A stretch of DNA of 64,000 nucleotides from Octopus sinensis. Lineage: Eukaryota. Location of the stretch: contig NC_043013.1 in NCBI RefSeq assembly GCF_006345805.1, positions 42,780,001 through 42,844,000 of the forward strand, written 5' to 3'. A model generated the notes under the pieces. That model was not told where the DNA came from and ran no database searches. It was given only the letters and a program-made list of their open reading frames with translations. This document shows positions 9,795-21,740 of this stretch, in pieces; position 1 is the stretch's first letter, and each line of letters opens with the position of its first letter. Made by a program: the position numbers and the translations under genes.

Positions 9795-11642
9795 CTCTTC
9801 TCGATTCTACATCTTGCTGACAAAACACTGACTCGAAAAATGACCAGCTAAGCGAATTTAACTTACAACCTGTCATTCATATTCATTTTTTAAGCGTTGA
9901 TTCGTAACCCTAAATCCCGTTTCTCTATTATTTGTTTCGCCATCTTGTATGCATGGCTTCCTGTCTGTCATGCATTTTAAATTCCTCCTTTAATTTCAGT
10001 GTCATCCCGTTGTTATTCCATCCCCAGAATTCACTACAATATTCTCCCTCTCTCCTATTTATATTATGTTTTAATCGAACCCCGAAGTTTCTAGATGTTC
10101 AGTAATTTCTGTCGCAGAAAATTCCCTACGTATTAACTTAAAACCTGTTGTTCAAAGATACCCTAAATTCCCTACGAAATATTTTCTCTCTCTCTTATTT
10201 ATATTACATTCTTCTCGAACCCCGAAGTTTCTAGATGTTCAGTAATTTCTGTTGCAGAAAATTCCTACGAATTAAACATGTTGTCCCTTAGCTCTCTCTC
10301 TCTCTTCCTTCCCCCCTCTCTCTTTCCTCATGCTTCCACCTGATAATCCCCCCCCAATCCCTAACTCTTTATAAAGCAGTGTTCGATTTATCTCGTCCCT
10401 CTTCTCGATTCTACATCTTGCTGACAAAACACTGACTCGAAAAATGACCAGCTAAGCGATTTAACTTACAACCTGTCATTCATATTCATTTTTTAAGCGT
10501 TGATTCGTAACCCAAAATCCCGTTTCTCTATTATTTGTTTCGCCATCTTGTATGCATGGCTTCCTGTCTGTCATGCATTTTAAATTCCTCTTTAATTTCA
10601 GTGTCATCCCGTTGTTATTCCATCCCCAGAATTCACTACAATATTCTCCCTCTCTCCTATTTATATTATGTTTTAATCGAACCCCGAAGTTTCTAGATGT
10701 TCAGTAATTTCTGTCGCAGAAAATTCCCTACGTATTAACTTAAAACCTGTTGTTCAAAGATACCCTAAATTCCCTACGAAATATTTTCTCTCTCTCTTAT
10801 TTATATTACATTCTTCTCGAACCCCGAAGTTTCTAGATGTTCAGTAATTTCTGTCGCAGAAAATTCCCTACGTATTAACTTAAAACCTGTTGTTCAAAGA
10901 TACCCTAAATTCCCTACGAAATATTTTCTCTCTCTCTTATTTATATTACATTCTTCTCGAACCCCGAAGTTTCTAGATGTTCAGTAATTTCTGTCGCAGA
11001 AAATTCCCTACGTATTAACTTAAAACCTGTTGTTCAAAGATACCCTAAATTCCCTACGAAATATTTTCTCCCTCTCTTATTTATATTACATTCTTCTCGA
11101 ACCCCGAAGTTTCTAGATGTTCAGTAATTTCTGTTGCAGAAAATTCCTTACGAATTAAACATGTTGTCCCTTAGCTCTCTCTCTCTCTCTTCCTTCCCCC
11201 CTCTCTCTTTCCTCATGCTTCCACCTGATAATCCCCCCCCAATCCCTAACTCTTTATAAAGCAGTGTTCGATTTATCTCGTCCCTCTTCTCGATTCTACA
11301 TCTTGCTGACAAAACACTGACTCGAAAAATGACCAGCTAAGCGAATTTAACTTACAACCTGTCATTCATATTCATTTTTTAAGCGTTGATTCGTAACCCT
11401 AAATCCCGTTTCTCTATTATTTGTTTCGCCATCTTGTATGCATGGCTTCCTGTCTGTCATGCATTTTAAATTCCTCCTTTAATTTCAGTGTCATCCCGTT
11501 GTTATTCCATCCCCAGAATTCACTACAATATTCCCCTCTCTCCTATTTATATTATGTTTTAATCGAACCCCGAGTTTCTAGATGTTCAGTAATTTCTGTC
11601 GTCGCAAAAATTCCCTACGTATTAACTTAAAACCTGTTGTTC
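9795..11642. repeat. Tandem array: units 9795-10398 (2 subrepeats), 10399-11283 (4 subrepeats), 11284-11642 (partial)
   Basis: Direct unit-unit junctions ATCTCGTCCCTCTTCTCG at about 10399 and 11284. Confidence 0.95.
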
Positions 11643-11896
11643 CTTGGAGGTGACCCTGCCCTCCCACCCCTCTACCAGAACCGGAAGTTTCTGTTTTTTT
11701 CTATCTTTCTTGACCCCCCCCCCGCACCCCTATGTAGGGTTTATTGTGATCATATAGCGCAAAAACTTTGAAATTTATGCAGGTTGTAGTCTAGAGTCTC
11801 AGTATGATATCTGGCAAATGCAAGCTTTCTTTTCAGGTACAGAACACTGCGGCCCCTCATCCCAGGGTCTCAGAGGCCCACACCTCCCACACCCTC

Positions 11897-14800
11897 AGGG
11901 TAGGCACCCTCAACGTTGGCACATTGAAAGGTAGGTCTGGCGAGATAGTCGAGATGCTTGAACGGAGACGTGTTGATGTATGTTGTATGCAAGAAATAAG
12001 GTGGAGAGGAGGATCTGCTAGGGACACAGGTACAAGGTACAAGGCAAGGGACACAGGTACAAGATTTTCTGGGCAGGGAACACTGATGGGGTTGGTGGCG
12101 TGGGTATAATTATCGCTGAGAAATGGATAGATAGAGTAATTGAGGTAATCAGAGTAAGTGACAGAATACTTAAGATTAGAATAGTGCTTCATAATAGATT
12201 AGCAACCATTATATCGGCCTATGCCCCTCAGCCAGGGCTACCCGATGGACAGAAAGACAGTTTCTATGACACCCTACTGCAGACCACCTCATCGACGAAC
12301 GACAGGGACCTTCTCTTTGTGGCTGGTGATTTCAATGGGCATGTTGGACGACATGCTGGGGGCTTCCATGGCGTACATGGAGGCTACGGTTATGGTTCCC
12401 GCAACGAGGAGGGAACCAGGCTGCTGGAGTTCTGCGATGCGAATAGTCTTATGGTCTGCAACACTAACTTCAGGAAACCAACAAGCCACCTGGTCACCTA
12501 CCGATCGGGCCGGCATACTAGCCAAATCGACTACATCCTTGCCAGAAAAAGGGAAGATGGCTGCTTAAAAATGCCAAAACCTTCCCAGGCGAAGAATGCA
12601 CCCCACAACATAGACTGGTAGTTAGTGACTTTAGGATCAGGACTAAGAGGGCGACTAGAAGACGACCAACATGGAGAAGAAGGGTCTGGAAGCTTAAAGC
12701 CCCTGCGAATGGACAGAGATTTAGAGATATGTTACTTGAAGCCTTTGACGAAGTGGAAGGGGGTATAGCTACACATGGGGTAGAAGACAACTGGACGTTT
12801 CTGAGGGACAACCTGCTGAAAGCCGCTGACCAGATCTGTGGCTGGTGCAAAGTCCCCTTAAGACCCAAAATAACGTGGTGGTGGAACAATATTGTTGACA
12901 GGGCTATTAGACAAAAGAAACAGGCTTGGAAGGCCTGGAAGAACGGTGGTAGCAGGGAAGGGTATCAGACTGCCAGAAGGGAAGCTAGGAGACAGGTCTA
13001 TCTAGCCAGAGGGGAAGCAGATAAGAGAAAATTTGCCAATGTCCTGCGCCGTGAGGATGAAAGACTTGAGGTATTTCGTGTTGCAAGACAGTGTGTGAGA
13101 GAGAATCGTGATGTGGTAGGAGAGAGATGTGTTCGCATGGAGGATGGTTCACTTGCGCTAAATGAGGATGCAAAGAGAGAAGCTTGGAGACGCCACTATG
13201 AAAGGTTACTGAATGAGGAAAATGAATGGGATAAAGAGAGTCTGCCGAATGTTGACCCTACAGAGGGACCAGCTATCCGAGTTGATAGTTCCGTGGTAGC
13301 TAAGGCAATTAGAAGCATGAAGACAGGGAAAGCCCCAGGCCCATCAGGAATTACTGCAGAGATGCTCAAAATATCTGGCAGTGTCGGCTATAACCTAGTC
13401 ACCCGTATAGTCAACCAGGTGATACACGAAGGAGTCATACCCAATGACTGGTGCAGCAGCATACTAGTCAACTGCTACAAAGGTAAAGGTGATGCCCTAG
13501 ATACAAATAATTACAGAGGTATCAAGCTGTTGGATCAAGTAATGAAGGTTACGGAGAGGGTCATAGCCCAACTAATCAGAGAGAGAGTTAGTTTAGATGA
13601 GATGCAGTTTGGGTTCGTGCCAGGAAAAAGTACCACTGATGCTATATTCCTGGTAAGGCAGCTGCAGGAGAAATACCTAGCCAAAGATAAGCCCCTGTAC
13701 CTGGCTTTCGTTGACATGGAGAAAGCTTTTGATAGGGTCCCCCGATCCCTTATCTGGTGGTCAATGAGGAAACTAGGGATAGATGAATGGCTGGTGAGGA
13801 CTGTGCAAGCCATGTACAGAGATGCCGTAAGTAAGGTCAGGGTTGGCAACATGTACACAGAAGAATTCAAAGTGGAGGTTGGGGTCCACCAGGGTTCAGT
13901 ACTCAGCCCCCTCCTATTTATCATAGTACTCCAGGCAATTACGGAGGAATTCAAGACAGGCTGTCCCTGGGAGCTCCTCTACGCTGACGACCTTGCTCTT
14001 ATTGCTGAGTCACTATCAGAACTGGAGGAGAAGTTCCAGGTGTGGAAGGAGGGTTTAGAATCAAGGGGCCTTAGAGTCAACCTAGCTAAAACCAAAGTAC
14101 TAATAAGTAGAAAGGTAGACAATCCACAAATATCTTCAGGAAGATGGCCCTGCTCGATCTGTAGAAAAGGTGTAGGTAGAAACTCTATAAGATGTACCCA
14201 GTGTAAGCTATGGACACATAAGAGGTGCAGCAATGTCAAAGGTAGGCTAACTGGGAAGATAGTTTTTGTATGTGGCAGATGCTCGGGAGCATTAACCTCC
14301 GAAAATCTGCAGAAAACAACTTCCGTCACTTTCCAGGGGGAAAAACTAGAAGTAGTTGATAGCTTCCGTTATCTAGGTGACCAAGTCAGTAGTGGGGGTG
14401 GGTGCGCTGAAAGTGTAACTGCTAGAATAAGAATAGCCTGGGCAAAGTTTAGGGAGCTCTTACCTCTGCTGGTGACTAAAGGCCTCTCGCTCAGAGTAAA
14501 AGGCAGACTGTATGATGCGTGTGTACGAACAGCCATGCTACATGGCAGCGAAACATGGGCTGTGACTGCTGAGGACATGCGTAAGCTCGTGAGAATGAAG
14601 CCAGTATGCTCCGATGGATGTGTAATGTCAGTGTACATACTCGACAGAGCGTTAGCACCTTGAGAGAAATGTTGTACCTAAGAAGCATCAGTTGTGGTGT
14701 GCAAGAGAGACGATTGCGCTGGTATGGTCATGTGGCGAGAATGGATGAAGATAGGTGTGTGAGAAAGTGCCAATCCCTAGCAGTTGAGGGAACCCGTGGA

Positions 14801-14935
14801 AGAGGTAGACCCAGGAAAACCTGGGACGAGGTGGTGAAGCACGACCTTCGAACTTTAGGCCTCACTGAGGAAATGACCAGAGACCGAGACCTTTGGAAAT
14901 ATTCTGTACGTGAGAAGACCAGGCAGGACAAGTGA
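11897..14935 (+). pseudogene. RTE-1 APE-RT polyprotein with embedded PHD-like finger, three frameshifts
   Basis: ORF pieces 11804-12109, 12100-12621, 12729-14663 and 14606-14935 are collinear with the RTE-2 protein. Confidence 0.88.
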
Positions 14936-15044
14936 GCCCAGCCCACTTATGAATGCCTTTCCTCCCTTGGACACAAAGACCGGTTGAGGCAAGCGAAGTC
15001 GATATAGAACCTCATCCGACGACAGACACCCATCCCAACCCCCC

Positions 15045-15470
15045 ATGCTTGCGAAGACATGTTGGGGCAAGCGAATCGAAACCGAATTGAACCAGCCAGG
15101 ATCCCTGGCCTGGTGGTACGTAAAAAGCACTATCCGACTCGGGGCCGTGGCACGTAAAATACTCCAATGCGACCGTACGACAGGCACCCATGCCAACCCC
15201 CTTTGCTTGTGAAGACATGTTGGGGCAAGCGAAATCGAAATCGAATTGAACCAGCCAGGATCCCTGGTCTGGTGGTACGTAAAAAGCACTATCCGACTCG
15301 TGGCTGTGGCACGTAAAATACTCCAATGCGACCGTACGACAGGCACCCTTGCCAACCCCCTTTGCTTGTGAAGACATGTTGGGGCAAGCGAAATCGAAAT
15401 CGAATTGAACCAGCCAGGATCCCTGGTCTGGTGGTACGTAAAAAGCACTATCCGACTCGTGGCCGATGCC
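15045..15470. repeat. About 158-bp tandem repeat (three copies) in RTE-1 3' UTR
   Basis: GAAGACATGTTGGGGCAAGCG recurs near 15053, 15211 and 15370. Confidence 0.9.
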
Positions 15471-16089
15471 AGCACCGCCTCGACTGGCTTCCGTGCCGGT
15501 GGCACATAAAATACACCAATCTGACCGTGGCCGTTGCCAGCCCCGCCTGGCACCTGTGCAGGTGGCACGTAAAAAGCACCCACTACACTCACGGAGTGGT
15601 TGGCGTTAGGAAGGGCATCCAGCTGTAGAAACATTGCCAAATTAGACTGGAGCCTGGTGCAGCCTTCTGGCTTCCCAGAACCCCGGTCGAACCGTCCAAC
15701 CCATGCTAGCATGGAGAACGGACGTTAAACGACGATGATGATACCTTCAATCCTTAATTCCATCTTTCCGCCATCGGCGGTGTCCTCTTCTTCTTCTTCT
15801 GCTGCTGCTGCTCAAACTTGAAAATCGCCATTACAAATTCCCAATTCAACTTCCTTCTTCTTCAACTCAACTTCCGGTCGATGCCCACAGCAAGTTTAAA
15901 GATTTATCTTATTATTTTTCCGTACATCGCACAACATACATTCATTCGCTGTTACAACATACATTCATACGTTGCCACTGTTAAATGTCTCAACTTGTAC
16001 AGTAACTTGATTTGTCTTTCCTATCTTTCTCTACGAAATTAGCCTTTAAGGCTACCTTCACCTTAATTCTCATTCTCTTTCCGCCATCG

Positions 16090-16285
16090 GCGGTGCGCCC
16101 GCCCTCCCACCCCCACCACCAATACCGGTGAACACGCCCCCACCCCACCTCCACCCACCACCAATACCGTGAACACGCCCTCCCACCCCCACACCAATAC
16201 CGGTGACCACGCCCTCCCACCCCCCCCACCAATACCGGTGAACACGCCCTCCCACCCCACCACCAATACCGGTGAACACTGTACG
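16090..16285. repeat. C-rich minisatellite (CCACCAATACCGGTGAACACGCCCTCCC-like) in RTE-2A 5' UTR
   Basis: About five diverged 30-35-bp copies; only one copy in RTE-2B near 37800. Confidence 0.85.
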
Positions 16286-16861
16286 CCCTACTCCCTCCTC
16301 CTCCCCCACCACCCCTTCCTACCCCTTCTCCTCATATGCTTTCACTGTGAAAAACAAGCTGCTAGCGCCACAGCTCATCAACCGCCCACTGATCTTACGC
16401 TTCCTCCTGTTTTGAATCTGACACTGCCTCAATCCGACTATCTCCTTCCAGTCCCCTCCCCGCCTCGTAATATCCTACGTTTTTATTTCTTACGAACCTG
16501 CACCAACCCTTCCTGCCATCGTTCCTCCTTACCCCAACCTTCCCCACTGGTGCTCCCCTATATTACCCGCACCCCTCCACTATCTCTCCCTCTCTTTTCA
16601 CTGGTGAAACCTTTCTCAGCTGGACCCCCACCCAACTCAACTCTAGAATATCTGTAGTTTTCCTCCTTACTACGCTACCTAATTACGTTACTCAGTGACG
16701 ATAACGAATGACCACTGCTAACACCAGCTCCTGCCCACGGCGTGGTCAGGTCGGAAGAGAGATCAAAAGAAAAATGCCACAAAAACTATCACCACCACAA
16801 CAACCCTCCTCTTCTCAGGCGCTGAATCCCCCCCTCCCCCCACATCTCCTTCCCAGTTTTC

Positions 16862-19800
16862 AGAGTTGGCACTATCAATGTTGGTACATTGACAGGCAAG
16901 TCTAGTGAGATTGTAGAGATGCTAGAGAGAAGACAGGTTGATGTATGCTGCATACAAGAGGTAAGATGGAGCTGTGCTTCAGCTAGGGTCCTCACGGGCA
17001 AGGCACTTAGGTACAAACTCTTCTGGCAAGGTAACGTGGAAGGTGTAGGGGGTGTAGGCATTCTCCTTGCGGAGAAATGGGTGGATGAGGTCATAGAGGT
17101 GTCAGGGTTTGCGATAGAGTGCTTAAGCTCAGGTTGGTCCTACAGAGTGGCACAGCTATGATTATCTCCGCCTATGCCCCACAAGCGGGACTACCAAATG
17201 ATCAGAAGGACAACTTTTATGATACCCTTCTGCAGGCTACTTCAAAGACTAGTAGCAAGGACCTCATCTTTGTAGGTGGAGATTTTAATGGGCATGTTGG
17301 GCGGGAATCGGGTATCTTCACTGGGGTACATGATGGCCATGGTATTGGCACCAGAAATGATGAGGGAACTAGACTGCTGGAATTCTGTGATGCATGTAAC
17401 CTTTCAATCTGCAACACTAACTTCAAGAAGCCAGTCTGCCACCTTATAACTTATCAGTCAGGAGACTCCGCTAACCAAATAGACTTCATCCTCACCAGAC
17501 AGCGGGATGCAGGGTTGCTCTTGAATACAAAGACCCTCCCGGGTGAAGAATGTATCCCTCAGCATAGACTAATCATCAGTGACTTTAAGCTTGAGGCCAG
17601 AAGGACTCCAAGAAACAAACCAATCCAGAAAAGAAGGATTTGGAGGCTAAAGAACCCTTCACATGGTCAGAAATTTAGGGACATACTCATCAAGAAATTT
17701 GATGAGAGGGAGGAGGAGCTTCAGACGTCAGACACAGAAGGTAGCTGGGAATTCCTACGGGACAGCTTGCTGAGTGCCACAGACCGAGTCTGTGGATGGT
17801 GCAAAGTCCCTTCCAGACCTAGAATTACGTGGTGGTGGAATAGTGCAGTAGATAAAGCCATTTGTGAAAAGAGACGGGCCTGGAAAGCCTGGAAGGATGG
17901 GGGCAGCAGGGAACTGTACCAGATAGCCAAAAGGGAGGCTGGGCGGCAGGTATACATAGCCAAAGATGTAGCAGAAAAGAAGAAGTTTGCCAATGTCCAG
18001 CGACGCGAGGATCAAAGAGCTGAAGTATTTCGGATTGCCAGACAGTGTGTCAGAGAAAATAGTGATGTTATAGGAGAGAAATGTGTCCGCATGGATGATG
18101 GGGCACTTGCTTTTACTGCTAGTGAAAAGAAAGAGGCTTGGAGAAGCCATTATGAAAGACTGCTGAATGAGGAGAATGAATGGGAGGAGGAGAGCCTGCC
18201 AAATGTTGACCCAGTAGAGGGACCAGCTACCCGAATAGACAGCTCCCTTGTAGATAAGGTAATTAAGGATATGAAACCAGGCAAAGCCCCCGGCCTATCA
18301 GGAATCACTGCTGAGATGCTTAAAACAGCTGGCTATGTGGGCTATGACATAGTCACCCGCATTGTAAACAAGGTAGTTCACAATGGAGTCATACCCAATG
18401 ACTGGTGCAGCAGCACCATAGTCAACTGCTACAAGGGTAAGGGTGATGCTCTAGATAGAAATAACTACAGAGGTATCAAACTGTTGGACCAGGTGATGAA
18501 GGTCTCAGAGAAGGTCATGACCCATCTCATTAGGGAGAGAATTTGTTTAGATGAAATGCAGTTCGGTTTTGTACCAGGTAGAAGCACCACTGATGCTATA
18601 TTCCTGGTCCGACAACTGCAGGAGAAGTACCTAGCTAAAGATAAACCCTTCTACATAGCTTTTGTAGACTTGGAGAAAGCCTTTGACAGAGTTCCCCGTT
18701 CCCTTATCTGGTGGTCGATGCGGAAACTGGAGATTGACGAATGGCTAATAAGGGCTGTACAAGCTCTATACAGAGAGGCTGTCAGCAAGGTTAGGATTGG
18801 CAACGAATATAGTGAAGAATTCCAGGTAGAAGTAGGTGTGCACCAGGGCTCAGCCCTCAGTCCCCTTTTATTCATCATAGTCCTTCAGGCAATAACAGAG
18901 GAATTCAAAACGGGATGCCCCTGGGAGCTCCTCTATGCCGATGACCTAGCTCTCATAGCAGAATCACTACCGGAACTAGAAGAGAAATTTCGGGTGTGGA
19001 AGCAAGGGTTGGAATCAAAGGGCCTTAGAATAAATGTAGCAAAGACCAAAGTATTAGTAAGCAGCAAGAGGTACTCAGCACACACACCCTCGGGTAGGTG
19101 GCCCTGCTCAATCTGTAGGAAAGGTACAGGTAGAAACTCCATAAGATGCACCCAATGTAAGTTATGGACACATAAGAGGTGCAGCAACATTAAAGGGAAA
19201 TTAACAGATAAGATAGCTTTCATGTGCGGCAGATGCACAGGGACAATAGACACAACAGACACTCAGAAAACAGATTCCATCACACTCCAGGGAGAGAATC
19301 TAGAAGTAGTTGATAGTTTCCGCTACCTGGGTGGCCAAGTTAGTAGCGGAAGTGGATGCACAGAGAGTATCACCACTAGAATACGAATAGCCTGGGCAAA
19401 GTTCAGAAAGCTCCTACCCCTACTGGCAACAAAAGGTCTCTCCCTCAGAGCGAAAGGTAGATTGTATGATGCATGTGTGCGAACTGCCATGCTTCACGGT
19501 AATGAAACATGGGCTGTGACTGCAGAGGACATGCGTAGACTTGAAAGAAATGAAGCTAGCATGATCCGCTGGATGTGTAGTGTCAGTGTGCACGCAAGAC
19601 AGAGTGTAAGCATCCTGAGAGAAATGCTGGATATAAGAAGCATCAGATGTGGTGTGCAAGAGCGACGCTTACGATGGTATGGTCATGTGCTGCGGATGGA
19701 TGAAGAGAGATGTGTGAAGAAGTGCCACTCCCAAACAGTTGAAGGCATCAGGGGGAGAGGTAGACCCAGGAAGACATGGGATGAGGTAGTCAAGCATGAC

Positions 19801-19962
19801 CTCAGAGCATTGGGCCTCACTGAGGCAATGGCGAAGGACCGAGATCTCTGGAGATATGCTGTGACTGCAAAGACCTGGGCTGCTTTCTGCAGCAATTCCA
19901 CATACCCCCTACCCATTCAAAGTACCCCGGATCCCGTTGCCCCCGTGCCGCTGGCACGTTAA
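16862..19962 (+). pseudogene. RTE-2A polyprotein with a single frameshift
   Basis: One T missing near 17100 versus copy B. The 947-aa downstream ORF is open, with RT and a C4HC3 finger. Confidence 0.88.
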
Positions 19963-20369
19963 AAGCTCGAACCAATCGTGACCGATGCCGGACCCCCCGG
20001 CCCCTGTGCAGGTGGCACGTAAAAAGCACCCACTCCACTCACGGAGTGGTTGGCGTTAGGAAGGGCATCCAGCCGTAGAAACTCTGCCAGATCAGACTGG
20101 AGCCTGGAGCGGCCCCTGGCTTCCCAGACCCCGGTCGAACCGTCCAACCCGTGCTAGCGCGGAAAACGGACGTTAAACGATGATGATGATGATATATATG
20201 ATTGTCAGATAAATTCATTTTCTTTTCTTTGTTATTTGAGTTAAAACATAAAATATTTTTATTGTAGTGTTTTAGGGATTTTTGTAGCTCTATTCTTCTT
20301 CTACAACATTTGTTTATTATTTTCAAGGTTTGGACAAATTAATTTTACCTCCTTTCAGACATATGATAA

Positions 20370-20590
20370 TAGAGTACCAAGTAGAAGTTTACATTTTCAA
20401 CACCAGCTTCTCTTCGCTTTCAACCAAAGATCCAAAGCAGCAAAAGCTACTCAAGAAATTTGTGCTGTGTACAAAAAGGCGCTATTACTGAAAGAACTGC
20501 ACAGAAATGGTTTTCAAGCTTTAAGGAAGGGAAATTCAACATTCACAGCCTCTCCAGCTGACTTGTTCAATTTGATGAAGATTGACTGAT
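20370..20590 (+). mobile_element. Mariner transposase N-terminal (HTH) fragment
   Basis: Translates across shifts to EYQVE..HFQHQLLFAFNQRSKAAKATQEICAVY..ERTAQKWFSSFKEGKF. Confidence 0.7.
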
Positions 20591-20761
20591 CCAGCTTGTA
20601 ACAGAAACAGGTTTGCTTTTTACCTTTAGGTATCCACATTTTGCCTCTAACTTTAGGTACTCTTTACTTCTAGGTACCAGTCCATCTAGCCATACACAGG
20701 TTGTCCACCCCTTAACATGATAGACTAGCCAATCATCCTAACATCAACTATAACAGCAGTT

Positions 20762-20992
20762 TAATTTATCTTTGCATCTTCAGTGAGGAGAAAATTGTAA
20801 CCGGAATCTATGATGCCATGCTTCATGTTTTCTTCAGCTATTTAGAAGTTCTTCCCACTAATTCCTCAGAGAGGTGAGTATCAACGGGTGAGTTTGGATC
20901 TCCGACATAAGAGCAGTTTTATTTTTCTTTGCATCTTCAGTGAGGAGAAAATTGTAACCGGAATCTATGAGGCCATGCTTCATGTTTTCTTC
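20762..20992. repeat. About 75-bp direct repeat (20762-20834 and 20919-20992)
   Basis: CTTTGCATCTTCAGTGAGGAGAAAATTGTAACCGGAATCTATGA occurs twice. Confidence 0.8.
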
Positions 20993-21740
20993 TAACATTC
21001 ATCAAAAGTACTTTGTAGCTATGTATTAATTTGACAGATTTATTCATGTTATACCAGTTGCTGTATTTCCTTTTAGTGACAGAACAATTGTTGCAGTCAA
21101 TTTTATCTTGTCTTCATATTTCTTGATGTTTATTACCTTGACTCTTATTAACCCAAAAGATATTATATTACCCCCATATACCACAATGGTATATCATAAT
21201 ATACGGGGGTCCACATAGTCACCAAATGCTAGTTTGGACAAGCACCATACTGGGCTAAAACTTCCACAGAGCGATGCAAATCCCAAGTCCTACTCTGACC
21301 TCCCCATGGTACCACCTGAATCTAAACTAGCAGGAGAGGATGATTGCAGGTGTCTGGCGCAGTATAACCAGACTGCTCCGAGCAGATAGGGCTTGTTAGC
21401 CATGATCAGCAGCCTGTCTAAGAGAAGGACAAGCACCTCTCTGTCATCATCCCAGCTTGCTAAGCCACAGCAGATGAACCCTGGGTGTAAAGGGTAAGGC
21501 CAGTTCTGCACAGATTGCACTTCACTTTAAAACTCCACCATGCAAGCCAAAGGACCTGTCCACATCCACAACTCCCCAAGCCCTGTAATGATGGGGGGGG
21601 GGCAGTAGGTTGAAGATGTCACTGGAAACCACAGCTCCCAACCTGCATGCAGGCAATTTGGGACATTGGTCACCTGGTGTTGACCAGGAGATGACAACAT
21701 CACTTGGCAGATTCCTGAATGACCAAACAGCTTTATCAAA

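Larger units (their letters stand above)
11643..15742 (+). mobile_element. RTE-clade LINE, family 1 (frameshifted)
   Basis: APE start (RVGTLNVGTL), RT (LYADD), RTE C-terminus (RLRWYGHV...RGRPRKTW), and 3' tail ending GGACGTTAAACGACGATGATGAT. Confidence 0.92.
15743..20193 (+). mobile_element. RTE-clade LINE, family 2, copy A
   Basis: 5' region matches 37320-38430. Contains APE-RT and ends with a (GAT)n tail at 20193. Confidence 0.92.

Noticed and set aside
3766-11642. Tx1 target repeat as a U2/U1/U6, 5S, tRNA or spliced-leader gene
   Set aside because: No recognisable signature on either strand. GTTCGATTT is only a partial B-box with no A-box or cloverleaf.
9795-11642. CRISPR-like array (also 15045-15470 and 36940-37760)
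   Set aside because: Whole units repeat with no unique spacers, there are no cas genes, and the context is eukaryotic.
14855-15712. 285-aa minus-strand ORF, and similar MDGSTG../MLAWVG.. ORFs elsewhere
   Set aside because: Shadow frames of the repetitive RTE 3' UTR; they recur wherever the tail occurs.
21240-21740. Minus-strand ORFs of 70-76 aa as host exons
   Set aside because: No convincing splice-phase chain or homology. The + strand looks more like decayed RTE sequence (..S*MTKQLY), left unassigned.
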